From the NCBI GenBank assembly GCA_002705055.1, contig PAHY01000042.1, forward strand, positions 111,350-175,349: 64,000 bases of DNA, written 5' to 3'. The position numbers and the translations under genes were made by a program. The notes beneath the pieces are model-generated. The model was not told the origin of the DNA, did no database searches, and was given only the letters and a program-made list of their open reading frames with translations. The stretch is from Planctomycetota bacterium. GTDB lineage: Bacteria > Planctomycetota > UBA1135. How positions within the stretch are numbered: position 1 is the stretch's first letter; every line of letters begins with the position of its first letter. Positions 11,705-20,821 of this stretch are shown piece by piece.

Positions 11705-12604
11705 ATGTGCGGCTCCACCCCTCGGATTGCGATCCTCGCGCTCGTGCTGTGCCTGTTCGCGGCGCCGGCTTCGGCCCAGCGCGGCAAGAAGCCCCCGGTG
11801 CTGATCCCGCCCGGCCAGGGCGCTGAAGAGACCCAGGAGCCCGCGGCCGAGACGCCTCCTCCGCCGGCCGCGCAGCCGGGCGCAGGCCAACTCAGCACGA
11901 CCGGTGCACCGGCCGTCGAGGACCCGAAGCAGCCGCGTACCCTGCCCGGCAATCTGAAGCTGCCCTACACCAGCAATCGGCCGCTGATTCAGATCGACGG
12001 CAACCCCCTCTACACCGCGGAGCTCAACCAGCTGGTCGCCTACTACCAGAGCTTTCGCCCGGGTTCGGTCGATCTGCAGCTCCGCGACGCAGTGTCTGCG
12101 CTGCTGCCGTCCAAGCTGATGGCGGTCCGCTACAAGGACGACCTGCCCGCGATGCGCGAGCGGATCGATGAAGCGCTCGACCGCATCCGCAACGGGGAGC
12201 TCAGCTGGGCGGACGCCGTCGCGGAGTACAGCGACGACACCGACGAAGAGAATCCGGAAGGCAAGTACGTCTTCGGGCGCGAGCGCGCGGTGCAGCCCTT
12301 CGATCGCCTGGCGCACTCCGGGCGAGTGGGCCAGATCCACGGTCCTTTCCTGACCGTTTACGGCTACCACTTCCTTGAGATTCTCGACTACGAGCGCGGC
12401 GCGGCCGCCAACCAAGATCAGACCACGGTTCGCCACGTGCTCGTGATGTATCCGGATCTCAAGAAGCGTGACGCCGCCGGCGAGGACATCCGCGCCTACA
12501 TCAAGAAATCGGTGCGCGAAGCGGACATTCAGGTCCTCGAGCGCGGCGCACAGAATCTGCTCGCGCCGCCGCCGCTGCCCAAAACGGACGAAGCCAAGAA
12601 CTAG
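11705..12604 (+). CDS. Exported parvulin (PpiC)-type peptidyl-prolyl isomerase
   Basis: Signal peptide, WADAVAEYSDD...VQPFDRLA...GQIHGPFLTVYGYHFLEI. Confidence 0.75.
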   Translation: MCGSTPRIAILALVLCLFAAPASAQRGKKPPVLIPPGQGAEETQEPAAETPPPPAAQPGAGQLSTTGAPAVEDPKQPRTLPGNLKLPYTSNRPLIQIDGNPLYTAELNQLVAYYQSFRPGSVDLQLRDAVSALLPSKLMAVRYKDDLPAMRERIDEALDRIRNGELSWADAVAEYSDDTDEENPEGKYVFGRERAVQPFDRLAHSGRVGQIHGPFLTVYGYHFLEILDYERGAAANQDQTTVRHVLVMYPDLKKRDAAGEDIRAYIKKSVREADIQVLERGAQNLLAPPPLPKTDEAKN

Positions 12605-13125
12605 GCTTCTTCCTCGAGCGGCGCGAGCTTGACCAGCAGCTGATTGCCGGCCACGCTCTCGCCGGCTTCGACCAGGATCTCCTGGACGATGCCGCCGTGC
12701 TCGCTGCAGATCTCATTCTGCATCTTCATCGCTTCGAGGACCAGCACCGGATCGCCCGGCTCGAGCGTCTGACCCAGCTCGACCCGCAGCCCGACGACGA
12801 TTCCCGGCATCGAGGCCATGATGGTCTCGGCCTTCGGGCGCGAGGCCGCGAGCTCGCCGGCCGCACGCTCGCGTTCGTCGACGGCGGTCACGGCGAAGCT
12901 CTCGCCGGCCAGCGTCACCACGAGCTGCGTGTCACTGCGCGCCTCGATCGAAGCCGCGTAACTGCGCCCGTCAAGCCCCACCGCGTACTGCCCCAAGCGG
13001 TCGACATCGAGAAAGTCGGCCGCGACCTCGCGACCATCGACCAGCAGGCGCGCCGTGCCCGGCCCCTGCTCGAGCACTTCCAGTTCGACCTCGCGGCCGG
13101 AAGACAGGCTGAGGTAATACTTCAT
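12601..13125 (-). CDS. Biotin carboxyl carrier protein of an acyl-CoA carboxylase
   Basis: EAMKMQNEI biotinylation motif. ATG at 13125 overlaps the upstream stop. Confidence 0.92.
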   Translation of the reverse strand: MKYYLSLSSGREVELEVLEQGPGTARLLVDGREVAADFLDVDRLGQYAVGLDGRSYAASIEARSDTQLVVTLAGESFAVTAVDERERAAGELAASRPKAETIMASMPGIVVGLRVELGQTLEPGDPVLVLEAMKMQNEICSEHGGIVQEILVEAGESVAGNQLLVKLAPLEEEA

Positions 13126-14645
13126 CGATTGGCCCTCCCGGCGAGACGGCGCTGACGTCCCACGGCCACCCAGGGCGATAGCCCGCCGCCCGCGGCGCTC
13201 TCGCGGCGGAGCGGCGCCGCGCCCTGATGGATGCGGTGCAGAGCCGCGACGATCGCCGCCACCTCTTCGAGGTCGTCGGCAAACTCGCGCTGCGGCGCAC
13301 GCCCTTCCTCGAGGTAACGCTCGACGAAGTTGGTGTCGGCCCGCGCGGCGCAGAACTCTTCGGTCTGCAGGATCTGCATCGCCAGGCCGGCGCTGGTCGT
13401 GACCCCGCCGATGTGCAGCTCCTGGAGCATGCGCATCATGCGTCGCCGCGCCTGCTCGCGATCCGCGCCGCTGGCGATCAGCTTGGCGATCATCGCGTCG
13501 TAGTAGGGCGTGATCTCCATGCCGTGATAGACCGCCCCATCGACCCGCGCCCCGGGGCCGAAGGGCATCCGCAGCCCGCTGACCGTGCCCAGCGAAGGCA
13601 TGAAGTTGTTGGCCGCATCTTCGGCGTTGATCCGCACTTCGATCGCGTGGCCGCGCGGCTCGAGCGCGCTCAGATCCTCCAGTTCCTCGCCGCCGGCAAC
13701 CCGGATCATCAGCTCGACCAGATCGACCCCGTAGACCTCCTCGGTGACCGGGTGCTCGACCTGCAGGCGCGTGTTCATCTCGAGGAAATAGAACTCGCCG
13801 CGTGAGTAGAGAAACTCGACTGTGCCCGCGGAGAAGTAGTCCACGGCCTTGGCCGCGGCGACCGCCGCTTCCTGGATGCGCTCGCTGACGCCATCCGCCA
13901 GGTTGACCGCCGGCGCTTCCTCGATCAGCTTCTGGTGGCGACGCTGAATCGAGCACTCGCGGGTGCCGATCGCGTAGCAGTTGCCGTGGCGATCGCCGAC
14001 CACCTGCACCTCAATGTGGCGCGGCTCGACCACCATCTTCTCGACGTACATCCGGCCGTCGCCGAAGGCGCTCGCGGCCTCGCCGCTGGCGGTGGAAAAG
14101 GCCGACTCCATCTCGCTGGGCTCACGCACCACGCGAATCCCCTTGCCACCGCCCCCGGCTGAAGCCTTGAGCATGACCGGGTAGCCAATGTCCTCCGCGG
14201 CGGCCAGCGCCTCGTCGACGTCGGCCGCCGGATCGGTGGTCCCCGGCACCACCGGGACCCCCGCCTCGATCATGGCGCGCCGCGAAGCCAGCTTGTCGCC
14301 CATGATCTCCATGGCGCGCACCGGCGGACCGATGAAGGCGACCCCGGCCTCTTCACAGGCCGCGACCAACGCCGGGTTCTCGGCCAGGAAGCCGAAGCCC
14401 GGGTGAATCCCATCCGCCCCGGTCTTGCGGGCGATCTCCATGATGCGATCCAGGCGCAGGTAGCTGTCGGCGGGCGCCGGCCCCCCGAGCAGATAGGCCT
14501 CATTGGCAAAGCGCACGTGCAGCGCCTCCCGGTCGGCTTCCGAATAGACGGCGACCGTATCCACCCCCATCTCGCGACAGGTGCGCAGAATCCGCAGCGC
14601 GATTTCGCCGCGGTTGGCGATCAGTACCTTGCGTAGCGGTGGCAT
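13122..14645 (-). CDS. Biotin carboxylase subunit of acetyl/propionyl-CoA carboxylase
   Basis: KVLIANRGEIA, GGGGKGIR, RECSIQRRHQK, FLEMNTRLQVEHPVTE. Confidence 0.95.
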   Translation of the reverse strand: MPPLRKVLIANRGEIALRILRTCREMGVDTVAVYSEADREALHVRFANEAYLLGGPAPADSYLRLDRIMEIARKTGADGIHPGFGFLAENPALVAACEEAGVAFIGPPVRAMEIMGDKLASRRAMIEAGVPVVPGTTDPAADVDEALAAAEDIGYPVMLKASAGGGGKGIRVVREPSEMESAFSTASGEAASAFGDGRMYVEKMVVEPRHIEVQVVGDRHGNCYAIGTRECSIQRRHQKLIEEAPAVNLADGVSERIQEAAVAAAKAVDYFSAGTVEFLYSRGEFYFLEMNTRLQVEHPVTEEVYGVDLVELMIRVAGGEELEDLSALEPRGHAIEVRINAEDAANNFMPSLGTVSGLRMPFGPGARVDGAVYHGMEITPYYDAMIAKLIASGADREQARRRMMRMLQELHIGGVTTSAGLAMQILQTEEFCAARADTNFVERYLEEGRAPQREFADDLEEVAAIVAALHRIHQGAAPLRRESAAGGGLSPWVAVGRQRRLAGRANR

Positions 14646-14648
14646 CGA

Positions 14649-16196
14649 TCAGAGCGGGACGTTGCCGTGCTTCTTGGCGGGCATCGCATCCCGCTTGGTG
14701 GCGTGGAGGTCGAGCGCCTTGATCAGCTGCCGGCGGGTGTCGGCCGGCTCGATCACAGCATCGACGAATCCGCGGGAAGCGGCATCAAAGGGGTTGTTGA
14801 ACCGATCCTCGTACTCGGCGACCTTGCGCGCCTCTTCGGCGACGGGGTCGTCGGCGGCCTGAATCTCGCGACGGAAGATGATCTTGGCCGCGCCTTCGGC
14901 GCCCATCACCGCGATCTGCGCGCTGGGCCATGCCACGTTCCAGTCGCCCCCGGTCGACTTCGAGGACATCACGCAGTAGGCGCCGCCGTAGGCCTTGCGG
15001 GTGATCACCGTGAGCTTCGGCACCGTCGCTTCGCAGTAGGCGTAGAGCAGCTTCGCGCCGCGGCGGATGATGCCGCCGAGCTCCTGCTGAGTTCCGGGAA
15101 GGAAGCCCGGCACGTCTTCGAAGGTGACGATCGGGATGTTGAAGGCGTCGCAGAAGCGCACAAAGCGCGCGCCCTTCTCGCTGGCGTCGATGTCGAGCAC
15201 GCCCGCCATCGCCGCGGGCTGATTGGCGACGATGCCCACCGGCCGCCCGCCCAGGCGGGCGAAGCCGATCAGCAGGTTGCGGGCAAAGTCGGCCTGCACC
15301 TCGAAGAAGTCTGCCTCGTCGACGACCGCCTCGATCACCTTGCGCATGTCGTAAGGCTGATTGGCCGACTCGGGGATGATGTCGTTCAGCTCTTCGGCGC
15401 GCCGCTCGACCGGATCATCCGTCTCCTGGCGCGGCGGATCCTCGGCGTTGTTCTGCGGCAGGAAGGACAGCAGCCGGCGCACCCGCACCAGGCACTCGCC
15501 GTCGTCATTGCAGGTGAAGTGCGACACGCCGCTGACGCTCGCGTGGACGCGCGCGCCGCCCAGGTCCTCGGAGGTGACCTCTTCGTGGGTCACCGTCTTC
15601 ACCACATCCGGGCCGGTGATGTGCATATAGCTCGTGCCCTCGACCATGAAGATGAAGTCGGTCAGCGCCGGCGAGTAGACCGCGCCGCCCGCGCAGGGCC
15701 CGAGGATCGCCGAGATCTGCGGGACCACTCCACTCGCCTGCACATTGCGCAGGAACAGGCTGGAGTAGCCGGCCAGCGACACCACGCCCTCCTGAATGCG
15801 CGCGCCGCCGGAATCATTCAGGCCGACGACCGGGATCCCCAGCCGCATCGCGGTATCCATCAGCCGCGCGATCTTGCGCGCGTGCTCTTCAGACAGCGAG
15901 CCGCCGAAGACGGTGAAGTCCTGGCTGAAGACCGCGACCGGTCGGCCATCGATCAGCCCGGTTCCCGTGACCACCCCGTCGCCCGGGATGCGCTGATCCG
16001 CCATGCCGAAGTTGTCGGAGCGATGCGTGACCAGCTGACCGATCTCTTCGAAGGAGCCTTGGTCGAGTAGCAGGTCGATGCGCTCGCGCGCGGTCAGCTT
16101 GCCTTTGGCGTGCTGGGCATCGATGCGCTTCTGGCCACCGCCGAGGCGCGCGGCCTCCTGCATGGCGGCCAATCGGGTCGGGACGTCTTGACTCAT
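14649..16196 (-). CDS. pccB: Propionyl-CoA carboxylase beta (carboxyltransferase) subunit
   Basis: [48 protein letters not shown]. Adjacent to the epimerase. Confidence 0.92.
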   Translation of the reverse strand: MSQDVPTRLAAMQEAARLGGGQKRIDAQHAKGKLTARERIDLLLDQGSFEEIGQLVTHRSDNFGMADQRIPGDGVVTGTGLIDGRPVAVFSQDFTVFGGSLSEEHARKIARLMDTAMRLGIPVVGLNDSGGARIQEGVVSLAGYSSLFLRNVQASGVVPQISAILGPCAGGAVYSPALTDFIFMVEGTSYMHITGPDVVKTVTHEEVTSEDLGGARVHASVSGVSHFTCNDDGECLVRVRRLLSFLPQNNAEDPPRQETDDPVERRAEELNDIIPESANQPYDMRKVIEAVVDEADFFEVQADFARNLLIGFARLGGRPVGIVANQPAAMAGVLDIDASEKGARFVRFCDAFNIPIVTFEDVPGFLPGTQQELGGIIRRGAKLLYAYCEATVPKLTVITRKAYGGAYCVMSSKSTGGDWNVAWPSAQIAVMGAEGAAKIIFRREIQAADDPVAEEARKVAEYEDRFNNPFDAASRGFVDAVIEPADTRRQLIKALDLHATKRDAMPAKKHGNVPL

Positions 16197-16218
16197 GGTT
16201 CAGGGGAAAGTGGAGCGG

Positions 16219-16644
16219 CTACGACTGCCAGGGACCCTCGCCGCCTTCGACGAGCTCGGTCAGGACCCCGCCCGCCGACTTGGGGTGGACGAAGGCGATC
16301 CGCGTGTTGTGGGCCCCGCCGCGCGGCTCGGGGTCGATCATGCGACCGCCCGCTGCGGCCACCTGTTCGATGGCGCCGGCGCAGTCGGCGACCGAGAGCG
16401 CGAGATGATGCAGGCCTGGGCCGCGCTTTTCGAGGAAGCCCGCCATCGGAGAATCCGGGCGGATCGGGCAGACCAGCTCGATCCGCGTCTCGCCGGCGTA
16501 CATCATCTGCACCTCGACGCCCTGATCTTCGACGATCTCGCGGGCGCCTTCGCGCAGGCCCAGCCGATCGCGCCAGATGGCGGTGGCCTCGTCGAGGTCC
16601 TCGACGGCGATGGCCAGATGGTCGACACCCTGGATTTCCGGCAT
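16219..16644 (-). CDS. mce: Methylmalonyl-CoA epimerase
   Basis: VDHLAIAV, RGPGLHHLAL, IAFVHPKSAGGVLTELV. Confidence 0.92.
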   Translation of the reverse strand: MPEIQGVDHLAIAVEDLDEATAIWRDRLGLREGAREIVEDQGVEVQMMYAGETRIELVCPIRPDSPMAGFLEKRGPGLHHLALSVADCAGAIEQVAAAGGRMIDPEPRGGAHNTRIAFVHPKSAGGVLTELVEGGEGPWQS

Positions 16645-16692
16645 GGGCGCATTCTAGGTCCGCGCCGGGTAGCCGCGTACACTCCGAGAGCC

Positions 16693-17151
16693 ATGCTGAC
16701 GGCTCCCCAGATCCCGGCGGAGAGCGAGTTTCGCTTCCGCGCACGCCTGTTCACGCGCTGGTCCGACGAGGACATGCAGGGCGTGCTCAACAACGCGGTC
16801 TATCTGAGCCTGTGCGAGGAAGCGCGCTACCGCTACTTCGATGAGCTGGGGCTGGTGGGCGGCGATCGCCACTTTCCTTTCGTGCTGCTGCAGAGCAACG
16901 TGCGCTTTCTGGCGCCCGGCCGCGGCCCCGCCGAGGTCGAGGTCGCGCTGCGCACCACCCACCTCGGCGGCAAGAGCTTTCAGCAGGCCTATCGCATCCG
17001 CCCCGTCGAAGGCGAGGAGGTCTGGGCCGAGGCGGAAGCCGTGCTGGTCTGCTGGGATCCGGTCCGGCGCGGCAGCGCGCCGGTCCCCGAGGAGCTGCGC
17101 GAAGCCGTGGCCCGTTTCGAGGGGATCCCGGCCCGCGGCGACGGCGACTAG
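16693..17151 (+). CDS. Hotdog-fold acyl-CoA thioesterase (4HBT/YbgC family)
   Basis: RWSDEDMQGVLNNAVYLSLCEEAR motif. ATG at 16693. Confidence 0.85.
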   Translation: MLTAPQIPAESEFRFRARLFTRWSDEDMQGVLNNAVYLSLCEEARYRYFDELGLVGGDRHFPFVLLQSNVRFLAPGRGPAEVEVALRTTHLGGKSFQQAYRIRPVEGEEVWAEAEAVLVCWDPVRRGSAPVPEELREAVARFEGIPARGDGD

Positions 17152-17831
17152 GCCGCCCGCCGCCGCTGCCCTTCAAAGTGCAGCTGGCGGTCGGAGTGCA
17201 GGAAGGGAATCGGCGTCGGCGCGGGCCCGGGACGGCGCACGCCTTCTCCCCAGAGCCGCAGCGCGAGTTCGACCCAGGCCGGATCAAACTGGCTGCCGGC
17301 GCCGCTCGCCAGCACCTTGAGCGCTTCGCGACGGCCGCTTGGGCGTCGATATGCGGTGTGCATGCTGAGCGCGTCCAGGGTGTCAGCGATCAGCACGATG
17401 CGCGCGGTAGGCGGGATGTCGTCGGCCCGCAGACCATCCGGCGAGCCAGTGCCGTCCCAGTGCTCGCGCGCATTGCGAATCGCCTCGACCAGCGGATCAC
17501 CGGGCGGAAAGTAGGGCCTCAGCAGCGATTCGCCGCAGGTCGTCGCCATGTGCACGATCTCCCACTCCTGGCGGTCGAGCGGTCCCGGCTTCTCGAGGAT
17601 GGACACAGGCACCACCAGCTTGCCGAGGTCGTGCAGGTAGCCGGCCAGAAAGACCTGTTCGAGCTCTGGCCGCGCCAGGCGGTGTGAGAACTCGGCCAGC
17701 TGCAGGGCCAGAGTGGCGACACGGCGCCCGTGGGCGGCCGTCGCGGGATTGCGCTCCTCAAGCGCCTGGACCAGGGCCTGGACCGGTGCTGGAAGGAGCC
17801 GCAGACATGGAGAAATCGGGGCAGATCGCAT
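17148..17831 (-). CDS. Stand-alone HD-GYP domain protein with degenerate motifs
   Basis: HGRRVA, LHDLGK, ILEKPGPL, EHWDGTGSPDGL, IADTLDAL, AGSQFDP. Start position uncertain. Confidence 0.82.
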   Translation of the reverse strand: MRSAPISPCLRLLPAPVQALVQALEERNPATAAHGRRVATLALQLAEFSHRLARPELEQVFLAGYLHDLGKLVVPVSILEKPGPLDRQEWEIVHMATTCGESLLRPYFPPGDPLVEAIRNAREHWDGTGSPDGLRADDIPPTARIVLIADTLDALSMHTAYRRPSGRREALKVLASGAGSQFDPAWVELALRLWGEGVRRPGPAPTPIPFLHSDRQLHFEGQRRRAA

Positions 17832-17883
17832 AAAGGTGCGGCTCTCCCTCCTCGGCTGCCCCGGGCCGCACTTAAGGCGCGGC

Positions 17884-18864
17884 TCAGCGCGGCGGCAGCT
17901 TCTCGCGCAGAAAGCGGGCGAGGCCCTCGAAATCCGGCGGCGGATCCGAGCGGAAGGTGACGGTTTCGCCGCTGACCGGGTGCTCAAAGCGCAGCGCGTA
18001 GGCGTGGAGCAGGGTGCGCTGGACCTCTGGGTGGCCGTCCGGGAGCATTCCCAGGCCATAGTTCTTCGCCCGGTAGATCGGGTCGCCGACGATCGGGTGG
18101 TCGATCGAGCGCAGATGGGCGCGGATCTGGTGCTTGCGACCGGTCTTGGGCCGCAGCCGCAGCGCCGCGTAGCCGTGGAAGCGCTCGATCACCTGCCAGA
18201 AGGTGGCCGCGTCGCGGGTGCCGGCGTCCCAGGAGCGGGTGATCCGCACGCGGTTGGGGCGGCGCGGGTCGGACATCAGCCGCTTCTCGATCCAGTCGGA
18301 CTCGAAGCGCGGCTCCCCGTAGACGAGGGCGCGGTACTCCTTGGCCACGCTGCGGTCAGCGAACTGCTGCATCAGATCCTCGAAGACGCGCGGCTGGAAA
18401 GCGACCACGCAAACCCCGCTGGTATCGCGGTCGAGGCGATGGACCACTCCCGGACGGTTGGCGCCCTGGGCAATCGGCAGCTTGCTGCCGTAACGCTGGA
18501 CCAGCCAGGAAGCCACGCTGGGCTGCGGGTCCCCCGCCGAGGTCCCGTGCATCACCAAGCCTGCAGGCTTGTCCAGAATCGCCAGCGCCTCGTCTTCGTA
18601 CAAGATGCCGGGCTCGAGTGGCGATCCCGGCTCGACCAGCTGCTGCCGGGGCGGCGTCAGGGCCAGTTCCTGGCCTTCCGCGACCAGCTCGCCGGGAGTG
18701 GCGACGACCTTGCCGTCGACCCGGAGGCGCCCGTCCCGGATCCATGTTCCCAATCGGGAACGGGACACCTCGGCTGGCAGCAATTCCAGGGCGACGAGAT
18801 CCAAGCGGGTCCCGGCAAGAGCCTCGGGAACGGTCGCGCGCAGCGTATCGGAGTCGTCGGACAT
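17884..18864 (-). CDS. rluD: RluA/RluD family 23S rRNA pseudouridine synthase
   Basis: S4-like N-terminus, KPAGLVMH, HRLDRDTSG, TGRKHQIRAH, PIVGDPIY. Confidence 0.9.
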   Translation of the reverse strand: MSDDSDTLRATVPEALAGTRLDLVALELLPAEVSRSRLGTWIRDGRLRVDGKVVATPGELVAEGQELALTPPRQQLVEPGSPLEPGILYEDEALAILDKPAGLVMHGTSAGDPQPSVASWLVQRYGSKLPIAQGANRPGVVHRLDRDTSGVCVVAFQPRVFEDLMQQFADRSVAKEYRALVYGEPRFESDWIEKRLMSDPRRPNRVRITRSWDAGTRDAATFWQVIERFHGYAALRLRPKTGRKHQIRAHLRSIDHPIVGDPIYRAKNYGLGMLPDGHPEVQRTLLHAYALRFEHPVSGETVTFRSDPPPDFEGLARFLREKLPPR

Positions 18865-18990
18865 GTTGGGAAACCGGCCTCGCTCATCAGTCTAGAGCAA
18901 CGGTCCCCGAGATTCTCGCTTGATGGTCGAACGAGCTTGATCGGGTAAACTGAACGGCCGTCTTCTCGACGCCCCCTGCACGAGATCACG

Positions 18991-20748
18991 ATGCTGAGCA
19001 CCCTAGTTCTTCTCGCTGTCCCCACCCCCTGCGCGCTTCAGGCCGCGGGTTCCGATGCTGCGCCGCAAGGCCTGGTCGAAATCCCCGCCGGTCGCGTGCA
19101 ACTTGGCCTCAAGCAATCCGAGGCCGAGGAGCTGATCAACGAGCACCCGAACAGCGCGGCGCAGATCGGCGCCCAGGTGGGCAACCATCGCCCCTCGCTG
19201 GAGCGCTTCTGGATCGCCCCGACCGAGGTCACCAACGAGATGTACCTCCGCTTCGTCGAGGACACCGGCGCGATGCCCCCGGCTTCCTGGGTGCAGCTCG
19301 ATCGCGATCAGCGACTCGCCATCATCGAAGAGCTGAAGAAGGACGACCCCGCTGCCAAGCTCGACGCCAACACCCTCGGCCTGTGGTGGGAAGACAACTG
19401 GCAGTCCGGTGAGTACAAGTGGGAAGTGCCGCCCGCCGAAGCCACCATGCCGGTCGGTTACATCAGCCACGAAGATGCGCGCGCCTACTGCAAGTGGGCC
19501 GGTCTGCGTCTGCCCACCGAAGAAGAGTGGGTACGCGCCGCGCGCGGTGACGAAGCCGAGCAGCACTACCCGATGGGAGAGTTTGACGCCGCCCTGGTCG
19601 CGCACGAAGCCACCAAGCCGCGCGATCTGGCGTACAAGCCGCTGCCCGTTTCGGCGCTCAACAACGCTTCGCCCTTCGGCCTCTACGACATGTCGGGCAA
19701 CCTCTGGGAATGGACCGACAGCCGCTTCCAGCCGCTTCCGAAGTTCAAGGCCTTCAGCGTCAAGACCGAGAAAGCCGGCAAGGTGGACGTGGCCCCCGCA
19801 TTCGATGGCGCGGCCTTCGTGATCAAAGGCGGCAGCTACATGAACCCGGGCTACGTCTGCAACGTCACGGTGCGCCCGGGCCTGCGCGGCCAGTTCCGCG
19901 CGCCGATCCTCGGCTTCCGCGTCGCCTCGAGCGGTGTCCCGGGTCGCGACTTCGCGGCTTACTGCCTCGACGAGATCAGTGGCTCGATGGTCGGCGGCAT
20001 GCCTTCGACGGTGCTCGACCTCGACAAGGTGATCGCCGTCCAGAAGCACCGCATCGTCGCCGCCTCCGAGCTTGAGTCGCGCCGCGCCGAGCCGCAGAAG
20101 CCGCTGCCCGCCAGCAAGCTGCCCAACAACTACGCGGTCTTTGACCGCGCCGACGCGCTGGCCGTCGTGCCGATGCGCGAGCTCGGTGTGAAGAAAGGCC
20201 GCCTGGCCCGCACCATCGAAGACGAGGGCCCGATCGCGGTCGCCACGCTGTTTAGCACTGTCGCCCTGGAGTCGGCCAATGTTCTGCCGGGCTCGTATGT
20301 GCTGATGTACGCGGCCCCGCAGGACGCCAAGACCTTGCTCGAGCTGGGGATCACCCTGTCCGAGGAAGACACGCCGAAGAACTGGAAGCCCAAGAAGCTG
20401 AAGGAAGGCGAAGTGTCGATTCGCGAGATCTGGCCCAACGTCGAGGGCCTCGCGCTGCAGATCAACACCCCGTACATGCTGGTTGTCGACAAGGACCGCA
20501 CCGCGGTCGGCGCCATCGCGCTACCGCGCGAGCCGCGCGAAGAGCGGATCAAGACTGCGAACAGCAGCATCACCTTCAACCTCGACAAGGACTTCGTCGA
20601 CTTCCAGGTCGCGGTACCGGCTTCGGGGGCAAGGGACGCCTTCATCTTCAACCTGCCGCTGCGTCCGCGCGATGCGAACGGCACGATGATGACTCCCGGC
20701 GACTGGAACGAAGGGCCGTACGCGGTGATCGAGAAGAAGAAGGACTAG
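18991..20748 (+). CDS. Exported formylglycine-generating-enzyme (SUMF1/FGE-sulfatase) fold protein with C-terminal extension
   Basis: TEVTNEMY, RLPTEEEWVRAARG, FGLYDMSGNLWEW, KGGSY, GFRV, plus a signal peptide. Confidence 0.85.
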   Translation: MLSTLVLLAVPTPCALQAAGSDAAPQGLVEIPAGRVQLGLKQSEAEELINEHPNSAAQIGAQVGNHRPSLERFWIAPTEVTNEMYLRFVEDTGAMPPASWVQLDRDQRLAIIEELKKDDPAAKLDANTLGLWWEDNWQSGEYKWEVPPAEATMPVGYISHEDARAYCKWAGLRLPTEEEWVRAARGDEAEQHYPMGEFDAALVAHEATKPRDLAYKPLPVSALNNASPFGLYDMSGNLWEWTDSRFQPLPKFKAFSVKTEKAGKVDVAPAFDGAAFVIKGGSYMNPGYVCNVTVRPGLRGQFRAPILGFRVASSGVPGRDFAAYCLDEISGSMVGGMPSTVLDLDKVIAVQKHRIVAASELESRRAEPQKPLPASKLPNNYAVFDRADALAVVPMRELGVKKGRLARTIEDEGPIAVATLFSTVALESANVLPGSYVLMYAAPQDAKTLLELGITLSEEDTPKNWKPKKLKEGEVSIREIWPNVEGLALQINTPYMLVVDKDRTAVGAIALPREPREERIKTANSSITFNLDKDFVDFQVAVPASGARDAFIFNLPLRPRDANGTMMTPGDWNEGPYAVIEKKKD

Positions 20749-20765
20749 GTCCCCCGCTTCACGGC

Positions 20766-20810
20766 AACGGGCCCGCCTGGCAGCTGCCAGGCGGGCCCGT
20801 TCTTCGTTTC
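20766..20810. terminator. Perfect 36-bp palindrome between convergent genes; likely intrinsic terminator
   Basis: aacgggcccgcctggcag|ctgccaggcgggcccgtt (20766-20801) followed by a pyrimidine-rich tract on +. Confidence 0.75.
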
Positions 20811-20821
20811 AGGCGAGGCAT

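Noticed and set aside
20766-20801. 36-bp perfect palindrome as a MITE or REP element
   Set aside because: Only one copy is seen, with no target duplication; its position fits a terminator.
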